This document shows, piece after piece, positions 15,193-22,450 of a DNA stretch of 35,008 nucleotides. The number at the start of each line of letters is the position of its first letter. Position 1 is the first letter of the stretch. The stretch is from a virus. The notes under the pieces are model-generated. The model had not been told where the DNA came from. It searched no databases and saw only the letters and a program-made list of their open reading frames with translations. The stretch lies in the IMG/VR virus record IMGVR_UViG_3300010331_000008; one strand, given 5' to 3'. Position numbers and translations under genes: made by a program.

Positions 15193-15588
15193 ATGACCAA
15201 ACCTAAGACTGTAGTAGATATACCAGAAATTAAGCGTAATCCAAAACACTACTATGCTATAAGTTGTGAGCATATATGTACTGTACTATTGGATGAATAC
15301 ATAATGAAGAAAGCAAATAAACTCCTCTTGAAATATAGAAATGAAATGAATGGGTTACTTTCTAATAATACAGAACATTTAATAGAGCAAAATTGGGCGT
15401 TAGCATATCCGAATAAAGAACAAACATCTTTTTATAGTTCTAATCCAATAAAAGAATATCAAGTCTATACACAGCCATTTACTACTAGAAAAGTTGATAA
15501 TATCTTTGAAGGAATTGGCGAATATAAAATACACGATAGAGATGTTATAGATGTGGTTAAAAAGATTATGGAAAGTGAGCAATTATGA
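15193..15588 (+). CDS. hypothetical protein
   Basis: 131-aa ORF that starts 1 nt after the previous stop. Confidence 0.5.
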   Translation: MTKPKTVVDIPEIKRNPKHYYAISCEHICTVLLDEYIMKKANKLLLKYRNEMNGLLSNNTEHLIEQNWALAYPNKEQTSFYSSNPIKEYQVYTQPFTTRKVDNIFEGIGEYKIHDRDVIDVVKKIMESEQL

Positions 15589-15620
15589 CCTTAGTTAATA
15601 CAGACGATAAGAAAGTAAGG
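15583..15620 (+). repeat. copy 1 of a 38-bp direct repeat; encodes a 15-codon upstream ORF (uORF) at 15585-15632
   Basis: ttatgaccttagttaatacagacgataagaaagtaagg. 36 of 38 positions are identical to 16323-16360. Confidence 0.85.
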
Positions 15621-15628
15621 GGTATAAA

Positions 15629-16321
15629 ATGAGTAAAGAATATATTAAGTTCAAACTAACAGACGAGTTCATAACATTTTGGGGCGGTAAGTTATTCCGC
15701 ATTGAGGCAACCGCATCATTTGGTGATGTAGAAAAAGGCGACAAGGGCGGTTATGTAGAAAAAGCAGAAAACCTATCTAATGAGGGCGATGCTTGGGTCT
15801 CTGGCAATGCTCAGGTCTATGGCAATGCTCGGGTCTCTGGCGATGCTCAGGTCTCTGGAGATGCTCAGGTCTCTGGAGATGCTCGGGTCTCTGGCAATGC
15901 TTGGGTCTATGGCAATGCTCAGGTCTATGGCAATGCTCGGGTCTCTGGCGATGCTCAGGTCTCTGGAGATGCTCAGGTCTCTGGAGATGCTCGGGTCTCT
16001 GGAGATGCTCAGGTCTCTGGAGATGCTCGGGTCTCTGGCAATGCTTGGGTCTATGGCAATGCTCAGGTCTATGGCAATGCTTGGGTCTATGGCGATGCTC
16101 GGGTCTCTGCAAAGAAAGCATTTAATAAAGGTTGGTTCATCGGCGGTGATGATACAGAAAAGATTACCAGAATTGAAGACCAAATGGGTAATGATTACTG
16201 GAAAACACAATATGTATTGGGTGACTACGAGATTAACGATATTGAACCAGCAGAAGAAAAAGCTACCCACCCTAAAGAAATTGTGATTGACGGTGCAACT
16301 TATATTCTGAAGGATAAATAA
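15629..16321 (+). CDS. hexapeptide-repeat (left-handed beta-helix-like) protein
   Basis: Eighteen consecutive G-[DN]-A-x-V-[SY] hexads flanked by non-repetitive N- and C-terminal regions. AAGGGG SD. Confidence 0.6.
   Translation: MSKEYIKFKLTDEFITFWGGKLFRIEATASFGDVEKGDKGGYVEKAENLSNEGDAWVSGNAQVYGNARVSGDAQVSGDAQVSGDARVSGNAWVYGNAQVYGNARVSGDAQVSGDAQVSGDARVSGDAQVSGDARVSGNAWVYGNAQVYGNAWVYGDARVSAKKAFNKGWFIGGDDTEKITRIEDQMGNDYWKTQYVLGDYEINDIEPAEEKATHPKEIVIDGATYILKDK
15785..16108 (+). repeat. 18 x 18-bp tandem coding repeat
   Basis: Units such as ggcaatgctcaggtctat and ggcgatgctcaggtctct. Units 2-6 recur as units 8-12, a 108-bp higher-order repeat. Confidence 0.9.
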
Positions 16322-16322
16322 G

Positions 16323-16360
16323 TTATGACCTTAGTCAATACAGACGATAAGAAAGAAAGG
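16323..16360 (+). repeat. copy 2 of the 38-bp direct repeat; encodes a 15-codon uORF at 16325-16372
   Basis: ttatgaccttagtcaatacagacgataagaaagaaagg. Confidence 0.85.
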
Positions 16361-16371
16361 AATATGAAGTA

Positions 16372-16668
16372 ATGAGCAAATCAACAGTTATATATGAACG
16401 AGTATGGTATTTGCCGACATCACTTGTCGCAAAAGATGGAAGCGTTACGTTGATAGGGCATATATTCAAGATAAAAAGAACCGACACAGGCAACATCCTT
16501 TTAGATAACAAAACCAATGCGTGGGATTTTCCTAACGATGGTGAGATGGTAAGTTTCATCAGAAAGAATAAGGCGTGTGCGTTGCCCTACGAAGCTGAGG
16601 GAAACCCAAGGTTCATTCCCACCAGAATACGAAACATGGTTAAAAAGTTTAAGGTAGAGGATAAGTGA
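16372..16668 (+). CDS. hypothetical protein
   Basis: 98-aa ORF whose ATG overlaps the uORF stop (TAATG). Confidence 0.5.
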   Translation: MSKSTVIYERVWYLPTSLVAKDGSVTLIGHIFKIKRTDTGNILLDNKTNAWDFPNDGEMVSFIRKNKACALPYEAEGNPRFIPTRIRNMVKKFKVEDK

Positions 16669-16678
16669 GGTAGTGATA

Positions 16679-17056
16679 ATGAGTGATGACGATATTCTAA
16701 ATAAAGGTGGGACACAAGACGATGTTGATGAATATGCACGACAAAATGGTGCAGAACTAACTAAAGAAGATTTTATCACCCCTGTTATGACAGACGATAT
16801 AGATAAACGTTTAGATAAGATACTAAAAACATTTGCTATCACTATAAATGGCGACAGTAAGACAGGTTTCACATTAGACACATCAGACGCCAAGCAAGCT
16901 ATTTTACTAGCTCATCAAAAAGAAGTAGAGCGGATAATCGGGGAAAATGTAGAATTATCTGGCAAAAACGATATAGCAATCAACTTGCAGATTACTATAG
17001 AAAACAGTTTACGAACCGAACAACTTCTACGAGCTAATATAAAAGAAGATCGATAG
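16679..17056 (+). CDS. hypothetical protein
   Basis: ATG at 16679 lies 6 nt into the track ORF, which uses GTG 16673. GAGG upstream. Confidence 0.5.
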   Translation: MSDDDILNKGGTQDDVDEYARQNGAELTKEDFITPVMTDDIDKRLDKILKTFAITINGDSKTGFTLDTSDAKQAILLAHQKEVERIIGENVELSGKNDIAINLQITIENSLRTEQLLRANIKEDR

Positions 17057-17058
17057 GC

Positions 17059-17087
17059 TTGCATATACTCAAGCATTAGCGTACAAT
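17059..17087 (+). promoter_or_regulatory. early promoter B (TTGCAT-N17-TACAAT)
   Basis: ggcTTGCATatactcaagcattagcgTACAAT. The downstream leader (agaaaggattacaaaaATG) resembles that of promoter A. Confidence 0.65.
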
Positions 17088-17120
17088 CTTACTTAGTAAT
17101 AAGTAGAAAGGATTACAAAA

Positions 17121-17360
17121 ATGAGTAGCACAATACAGGTTTATACAAACGACGTAGTTATAGAGGAAGTAACAGGTCAACGCTTATTCGGAACAGTTGA
17201 CGATGTACAAGTAACTATTAAAGACGTAGACGCTTCCGACATCGTACCTGAGTTTATAGTTAGTGAACTATTAGACGCAATCGACTTTGCCGACATCGAG
17301 AAGTATTACCTTGCTCGCAAAGGTGATAGTGATGACGAAGATTTCAGTGGGGCTGAGTAA
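17121..17360 (+). CDS. small, highly acidic protein
   Basis: 79 aa and Asp/Glu-rich (ends GDSDDEDFSGAE). First gene after promoter B. Confidence 0.5.
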   Translation: MSSTIQVYTNDVVIEEVTGQRLFGTVDDVQVTIKDVDASDIVPEFIVSELLDAIDFADIEKYYLARKGDSDDEDFSGAE

Positions 17361-17620
17361 TGAGCCAGGCAACGGAACTACTAAAAGAGTTCAAAAGGCG
17401 TGGCCAGATATTCAACTACGAACTTGCAACCGATTATCATTTGCTACAGTACGTTGGTAGAATCTACGAATTACGCCACACATACGGTGAAACGATTGAG
17501 TGTCTACCAGACCCCGATGGCCGCAAAGGTGTGAACTTATACGTTTATCACCCTAAACAGCCTACACAGGCCACCCTAATAGCCGTAGAGCCACTAAAAC
17601 AAGAAAGGCGATATGAATAA
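17360..17620 (+). CDS. hypothetical protein, possibly winged-helix DNA-binding
   Basis: YELATDYHLLQYVGRIYELRHTYGETIE resembles the RI-x-ELR-x-x-G-x-x-I recognition region seen in small phage wHTH proteins. The assignment is weak. Confidence 0.3.
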   Translation: MSQATELLKEFKRRGQIFNYELATDYHLLQYVGRIYELRHTYGETIECLPDPDGRKGVNLYVYHPKQPTQATLIAVEPLKQERRYE

Positions 17621-17811
17621 TGCCCGACACAGCCGAAACAGAAACCATAAGAAAAAATATGAAACTAATTGACAACAGGATAAAAAGCCTTAGCGATGAA
17701 CTTCTATGTTACAGCATAGACGCAATCAGCCTTGAACTAGACCGACGTTCCGACAAGCACATAAAATATCACGTAGAAAGATTACAGAGGATAAATCAAT
17801 GCAGATACTAA
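17620..17811 (+). CDS. hypothetical protein
   Basis: ATGA/TAATG-type coupling with the upstream gene. 63 aa. Confidence 0.45.
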   Translation: MPDTAETETIRKNMKLIDNRIKSLSDELLCYSIDAISLELDRRSDKHIKYHVERLQRINQCRY

Positions 17812-17942
17812 CAAAATTAAAAATAAGAGTGGCTATTAAGAAATACAACAAGCGTATAGCCCTGCAAATCTCTGACTATATGGGCTGGCCGGAAGAAGAA
17901 GTGATGAACGTGATCAATTTAATGGAAGATAATAAGAGGTAA
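17799..17942 (+). CDS. 47-aa hypothetical protein; not in the supplied ORF track
   Basis: AGAGGA SD 7 nt upstream of ATG 17799. Fills the apparent gap before 17945. Confidence 0.45.
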   Translation: MQILTKLKIRVAIKKYNKRIALQISDYMGWPEEEVMNVINLMEDNKR

Positions 17943-17944
17943 GT

Positions 17945-18172
17945 ATGAGCTACAAAGAAACAATGATTGCCAAGTACGGCAGTGAAGAATTATGGAAAGC
18001 CCACCTACGAGAAATCGCAGCTAAGGGCGGCGCTAAATCATCTGGATACAAGTTTGGGCATGGCAAAGTAGACCCTAGCGTTGCCGGTGCTGCTGGTGGT
18101 AAAGTCAGCCGTAGGGAATACCCAAGTATCGCTGGTTATAAAGGCGGCAGGGTTAAACGCCCAAAAGCTTAG
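17945..18172 (+). CDS. KGG-repeat (general-stress-protein-like) small basic protein
   Basis: Repeated AAKGGAKS, AGAAGGKVS and AGYKGGRV motifs resemble the stress-induced KGG repeat (as in YciG/GsiB-type proteins). Confidence 0.45.
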   Translation: MSYKETMIAKYGSEELWKAHLREIAAKGGAKSSGYKFGHGKVDPSVAGAAGGKVSRREYPSIAGYKGGRVKRPKA

Positions 18173-18333
18173 TGATATAATTATAAACAGACACCAACAC
18201 AACAAATACATTCAACTAAAGAGGAGTATTACATTAGTACACTTGAAAAGTTTAACCTGACATTTGAATATGATCTAAATCTAAGAGACGTAAAGAGTCG
18301 AATAAAGAAGCGCACAATCAAGTAACTTAACAT

Positions 18334-18460
18334 CATAAATGGTATCAATAAGGGATAAGGTCAGAGGATGGCGACGACTAATAAGTTGCGGCATGACCCT
18401 TACTCCACATAGGGAATGTACTTATAACTCCAGCTGACCCCCTTACTAATACCATTTATG
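18334..18460 (+). repeat. long imperfect inverted repeat forming a hairpin of about 127 nt
   Basis: Three paired blocks total 24 bp: cataaatggtat / ataccatttatg, taaggg / ccctta, and ggtcag / ctgacc. They enclose a 69-nt apical region. The element ends 1 nt before the -35 of promoter C. Confidence 0.8.
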
Positions 18461-18461
18461 C

Positions 18462-18490
18462 TTGCATATTCCTAAGCATTAGCGTACAAT
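18462..18490 (+). promoter_or_regulatory. early promoter C (TTGCAT-N17-TACAAT)
   Basis: tgcTTGCATattcctaagcattagcgTACAAT. Confidence 0.65.
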
Positions 18491-18547
18491 GTGACTTAGA
18501 TATGAAACGAATATAAAATAATAATCATATCGAAAGCGAGTTATAAA

Positions 18548-18715
18548 ATGAAAAAAACCTATATCGTATTACTAACAGCTCTAGTTGTGATGTTATCTTA
18601 CTTTGCTATAGCTAGTCACTATCAGTATTTAGAGACTCCAAAAGGTTGTCATCTGGTAAGTGGTTACGAAGTCCCCAAAGGGCAAACCCCGCCAGAAGTA
18701 TGGTCTTGTTATTAG
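18548..18715 (+). CDS. 55-aa secreted or membrane protein; not in the supplied ORF track
   Basis: N-terminus MKKTYIVLLTALVVMLSYFAIA looks like a signal peptide. Two Cys residues. Confidence 0.4.
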   Translation: MKKTYIVLLTALVVMLSYFAIASHYQYLETPKGCHLVSGYEVPKGQTPPEVWSCY

Positions 18716-18718
18716 GGT

Positions 18719-19225
18719 ATGAAACAAATCACTCACAAAATTATAACCATCACATTAGTAATTATCATTGCTATATTAGTTGGTTATATTTTAACTCCGA
18801 CTAAAACGATAGCCCCAGCACAGCGTATAGACAGCATTAGTATAAATGCCGATGAACAAACCGTCTTAGAACTTGGAAACGATTACAGGGCTTCTAAACA
18901 GCTTACAAAGCTATCTATCAACAGTCAACTAATGAAATCAGCCCAAGCAAAAGCCGATGACCTATGTAAATCCGGCAACTGGTCGCACACAGACAGCCAA
19001 GGCCGAGAGTTCTATAGTTTTATACAGGCAACTGGTTATAAATATGAACACGCTGGCGAAAATCTAGCCAAAGGTTACGCTACCCAAGAACTAGCTTTTA
19101 AGGCTCTAATAAATAGCCCAACTCACCTGGAGAATATCGTCGGTGATTATAAAGAAATCGGTATCGGTATTAGCGATTGTAACGGCCAAAACTACTTAGT
19201 AGCGCATTACGGCATTCAAAAATAG
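18719..19225 (+). CDS. CAP/SCP (PR-1, YkwD-like) domain protein with an N-terminal TM or signal anchor
   Basis: CAP-family motifs LMKSAQAKADD, GNWSHTD, HAGENLAKGY, NSPTHLENIV and YKEIGIGI. N-terminal helix IITITLVIIIAILVGYIL. Confidence 0.65.
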   Translation: MKQITHKIITITLVIIIAILVGYILTPTKTIAPAQRIDSISINADEQTVLELGNDYRASKQLTKLSINSQLMKSAQAKADDLCKSGNWSHTDSQGREFYSFIQATGYKYEHAGENLAKGYATQELAFKALINSPTHLENIVGDYKEIGIGISDCNGQNYLVAHYGIQK

Positions 19226-19365
19226 TGATAACCTAATAGCAAATGACCAAGCAAAAAGACCTCAAAGACATATCTGAGATACTGTTCAACGCTAAATTAG
19301 AACGCCTAAACTTTATTCAGAAGTGGCTACTTAGACGACTTATCCACAACAAGTAGATATTACTA

Positions 19366-19394
19366 TTGCATAATCGTTAGCATAAGCCTATTCT
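19366..19394 (+). promoter_or_regulatory. weaker early-type promoter E (TTGCAT-N17-TATTCT)
   Basis: attTTGCATaatcgttagcataagccTATTCT. The spacer block is degenerate. Confidence 0.35.
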
Positions 19395-19473
19395 ATGGGC
19401 AGAACAGGTACGAAAAAACAAATCACAACGATCATTTAACTTGATAATCAAATTAAAAATGGGGTGAGCCAAT

Positions 19474-19896
19474 GTGCTAAACAAAAAAACAGAAGACTGT
19501 AGAAAAGAAAAAGCCGAAATTATTAAAGCCTACAATTTATTCAAGCCCCACGTACCCCCAGGCGCAACCTTAACAATCGAAGAAACCGACTCTAAACTAT
19601 GCTCAAGATATTACATTAGAATGGAATACACCAGCAAGAAGTCCGGTCGTAAAATATCAATCCTTGCCAAAGGAGACCACCTACCACCAACAACTAACTC
19701 ATTAAGATTCTACCTAGCCCAGATACAGCTAACACCAACCGAGGTAGCAAAAGAGTTCAGCAGTATTTATTATCGAGAGCGAGTGGCCAGACAAAACGCC
19801 TTTTTATTTAGCGGAGGAAAATCAAGAGGTAACAGCGTACAAGTCGCAAGCGCAGTTCAACAAATCGACAAGCTAGTATTTGAAGAATATAATTAA
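19474..19896 (+). CDS. hypothetical protein (GTG start)
   Basis: 140-aa ORF with GGGGTGAG upstream. Confidence 0.5.
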   Translation: MLNKKTEDCRKEKAEIIKAYNLFKPHVPPGATLTIEETDSKLCSRYYIRMEYTSKKSGRKISILAKGDHLPPTTNSLRFYLAQIQLTPTEVAKEFSSIYYRERVARQNAFLFSGGKSRGNSVQVASAVQQIDKLVFEEYN

Positions 19897-19904
19897 GGAG
19901 CATT

Positions 19905-20186
19905 ATGAAACTTAAAGCGGATGAATCATTTGAGAGACCTACAACTGAACCAAGTTATTATACAATTGGAAAGTATTGGGATGATAACACCGCAACTACT
20001 ATGTATGAGTTAAAGATACATTCCCAGATAGTAGGCAGTAGCTCATACCTTAAAGGTGGTATATTAACAAAACCAGTGAAAGTGTATAGTAGTGGCGAAC
20101 CAAGATGGTTTACGACTATAAAGGCTCAGGGCGATAAAAAATGGGCTACGGCAATAGCTGAACACTACGGTCTAAAAATAGAATAA
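19905..20186 (+). CDS. hypothetical protein
   Basis: AAGGAG SD. 93 aa. Confidence 0.5.
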   Translation: MKLKADESFERPTTEPSYYTIGKYWDDNTATTMYELKIHSQIVGSSSYLKGGILTKPVKVYSSGEPRWFTTIKAQGDKKWATAIAEHYGLKIE

Positions 20187-20198
20187 TACTGTTTAAAA

Positions 20199-20209
20199 TG
20201 ATACCCTAA
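20199..20209 (+). promoter_or_regulatory. late promoter-like motif L2 (aTGATACCCTAA)
   Basis: Lacks only the leading G. Lies upstream of the small ORF and terS. Confidence 0.5.
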
Positions 20210-20234
20210 AGACAACATAACTAGGAGCTACGAC

Positions 20235-20411
20235 ATGAAAATTATGAAAGACAACAAAGAAATTAAAGACGCAAAGATTTACTATAATATGGGTGGCCAA
20301 CCTGAGTTAGTCCAAATCGAAGGCGTAAACTACGACATCAAAGCTTTTGAACTTATCGAGACGAAAGACCAAGTCAAAACCAAAGACGTTAAAGAGACAA
20401 AGAAGAAATAA
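20235..20411 (+). CDS. 58-aa Lys-rich hypothetical protein; not in the supplied ORF track
   Basis: TAGGAG SD 7 nt upstream of the ATG. Ends 3 nt before terS. Confidence 0.45.
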   Translation: MKIMKDNKEIKDAKIYYNMGGQPELVQIEGVNYDIKAFELIETKDQVKTKDVKETKKK

Positions 20412-20414
20412 AAG

Positions 20415-20933
20415 ATGGCTGGCGGTAGACCATTGAAGTTTGAATCAGTCAAAGAGTTACAACTCAAGATTGACGCTTACTTTGATGAGTGCGACCCACA
20501 CCCAGAGTTAAAGGTTAGTTACGAATACAGCCAGATAACCGTCACAAAGAAACGCAAAGATGGAACTGAGTACGAATCATTAGAAGATGATAGGTCAGTT
20601 AAGCCCACATCGAAAGAAGAATGGGTAGTATCGTATCAGAAACATTACACTATTACTGGCCTAGCTAACTTCTTAAATACGAGCCGAGAGACACTTATAA
20701 ACTATGAGAAACGTGACGAGTTTTTTGACACTATAAAAGCGGCCAAGGATAGAGTTGAAGAACAGTGGGAAAACTTGTTGATAGGATCTAATGCCACTGG
20801 CCCTATATTTAACCTCAAGAATAACTACGGTTGGCGAGATAAGACAGAGCAAGAGATAAGCAACCCTGATGGTTCACTCAACCCATACAATGCTTTGACG
20901 GCTGAAGAACTACGCAAATTAGCTGACAGATAA
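20415..20933 (+). CDS. terS: terminase small subunit
   Basis: N-terminus MAGGRPLKFESVKELQLKIDAYFDEC is characteristic of a widespread TerS family. Lies directly upstream of terL. Confidence 0.7.
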   Translation: MAGGRPLKFESVKELQLKIDAYFDECDPHPELKVSYEYSQITVTKKRKDGTEYESLEDDRSVKPTSKEEWVVSYQKHYTITGLANFLNTSRETLINYEKRDEFFDTIKAAKDRVEEQWENLLIGSNATGPIFNLKNNYGWRDKTEQEISNPDGSLNPYNALTAEELRKLADR

Positions 20934-21023
20934 CTCATGTATGATATATTCTTGATGACTTGGTGCGAGAATATACGGCTCAGTATAATCCAACATACAA
21001 ATCTAACGTCAAGGCTGATATAA

Positions 21024-22418
21024 ATGACTGAAATACCAGAATATGTACAACGTGAAGCTAAAAAAGAACTCGCTAGACGTTTCTTCTACGACTATTGCCA
21101 ATATCGTTATCCAAAGCTATATAAAGACGAACGAACTTATCTAAAAGAAGTCTGTGATAAAATCCAAGCCTTTGTTGAACAGAACGACAAACGCTTCCTT
21201 GTCATCAATCTGCCACCACGCTTTCTAAAGTCGCTCACTGGCACTTGTCTGGTCGAGTGGCTATTTGGTTTAGACCCATTATTAAAAGTTATGACTGGCT
21301 CTTATAATGAGAAGCTATCATCAACCTTTGCTGGTAAAGTTCGAGACACGATTGATGAGCAACCCTCAAAAGGTGTTGAAGTTTATAATAACTTATTCGC
21401 TAAGACTAAAGTAAAGTACGGCCAAGCTAGTAAATCACTCTGGGCATTAGAGGGCAGTGGTCAAGACAACTATCTAGCCACCTCACCCACTGGAACGGCT
21501 ACAGGTTTCGGTGCTAACTATATAATCCTAGATGATATTATTAAAAACGATACCGAGGCTTACAATCAATCAGTTCTAGACGGTCACTTCGATTGGCTGG
21601 CTAATACTATGTTGTCTCGTACTGAGGGCGATAACTGGAAAGTGATTGCGATCATGACACGCTGGGCTAAAGATGACCTTGCTGGTCGTATTATTCAACA
21701 CTATGGCGATTTAGTCGAAGTCATTACTTTTAAGGCTGTCCAAGATGACGGCTCAATGCTTTGTGACGGTATACTGACCAGAAAAGACTACGACATTAAG
21801 ACTAAAGAGATGAACCCCGATATTGTCGAGGCTAACTACAATCAAAAGCCGATAGATGTTAAAGGCCGTCTATATCATACCTTTAAGACCTACAGCGAAG
21901 CCCCTGCTGGCCAAGTAGTTAAGAAGAATTACACCGATACTGCCGATAAAGGTACTGACTTCTTATGTAGCGTGAACTGGGAAGAACACGATGGTAATGT
22001 TTACCTAACTGATATTTATCATAGCGACAAGGCGATGGAAGATACTGAACCGGAAACTGCCCGAATGATTTATAAAGGTGGTATCAACGAGGCTACTATC
22101 GAAAGCAATAACGGTGGTCGTGGCTTTGGTAGAAATGTTAAACGTATTATCAGTGATACCTACGACAGTAATAAGACCGTCTTTATCGAGAAAAACCAAA
22201 CATCTAATAAAGAAGCACGTATCTTGTCATCGAGTGCATGGGTTCAAGAACACGTCTTTATGCCCGATGATTGGGAGACCAAATACCCAGAGTTCTATGC
22301 ACAGGTAATGGCTTATCAACGTAAAGGAAAGAACGCTCACGATGACGCTTGTGATGTATTGGCTGGTATTTACGAGTTAGTTACTAGTGGCAATGTTACA
22401 GAGTTTAGCTTTGAATAA
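21024..22418 (+). CDS. terL: terminase large subunit
   Basis: Walker-A-like LPPRFLKS, Walker B YIILDDIIK, and MTRWAKDDLAGR coupling motif. C-terminal nuclease-like acidic residues (HDDACD). Confidence 0.85.
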   Translation: MTEIPEYVQREAKKELARRFFYDYCQYRYPKLYKDERTYLKEVCDKIQAFVEQNDKRFLVINLPPRFLKSLTGTCLVEWLFGLDPLLKVMTGSYNEKLSSTFAGKVRDTIDEQPSKGVEVYNNLFAKTKVKYGQASKSLWALEGSGQDNYLATSPTGTATGFGANYIILDDIIKNDTEAYNQSVLDGHFDWLANTMLSRTEGDNWKVIAIMTRWAKDDLAGRIIQHYGDLVEVITFKAVQDDGSMLCDGILTRKDYDIKTKEMNPDIVEANYNQKPIDVKGRLYHTFKTYSEAPAGQVVKKNYTDTADKGTDFLCSVNWEEHDGNVYLTDIYHSDKAMEDTEPETARMIYKGGINEATIESNNGGRGFGRNVKRIISDTYDSNKTVFIEKNQTSNKEARILSSSAWVQEHVFMPDDWETKYPEFYAQVMAYQRKGKNAHDDACDVLAGIYELVTSGNVTEFSFE

Positions 22419-22432
22419 ATTGACAACCTTTT

Positions 22433-22444
22433 GTGATACCCTAA
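22433..22444 (+). promoter_or_regulatory. late promoter-like motif L3 (GTGATACCCTAA)
   Basis: Ends 6 nt before the portal ATG, with no SD in between. Confidence 0.55.
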
Positions 22445-22450
22445 AGACAT

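Noticed and set aside
15785-16108. The tandem 18-bp repeat array considered as a CRISPR array.
   Set aside because: The units are contiguous with no spacers, far shorter than CRISPR repeats, and in frame within a protein-coding gene.
15773-16286. Four extra long ORFs in other frames and on the minus strand across the hexapeptide gene (15773-16270, 15777-16121, 15780-16286, 15793-16125).
   Set aside because: They exist only because the 18-bp tandem repeat lacks stop codons in all frames. Their products are low-complexity, and they have no SD or independent start context. The + frame starting at 15629 has unique flanking domains and an SD.
19243-19356. A 37-codon ORF (MTKQKDLKDISEILF...) in the gap after the CAP-domain gene.
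   Set aside because: It has no SD-like sequence upstream and a short product with no distinctive features. It may be real, but the sequence alone does not support it.
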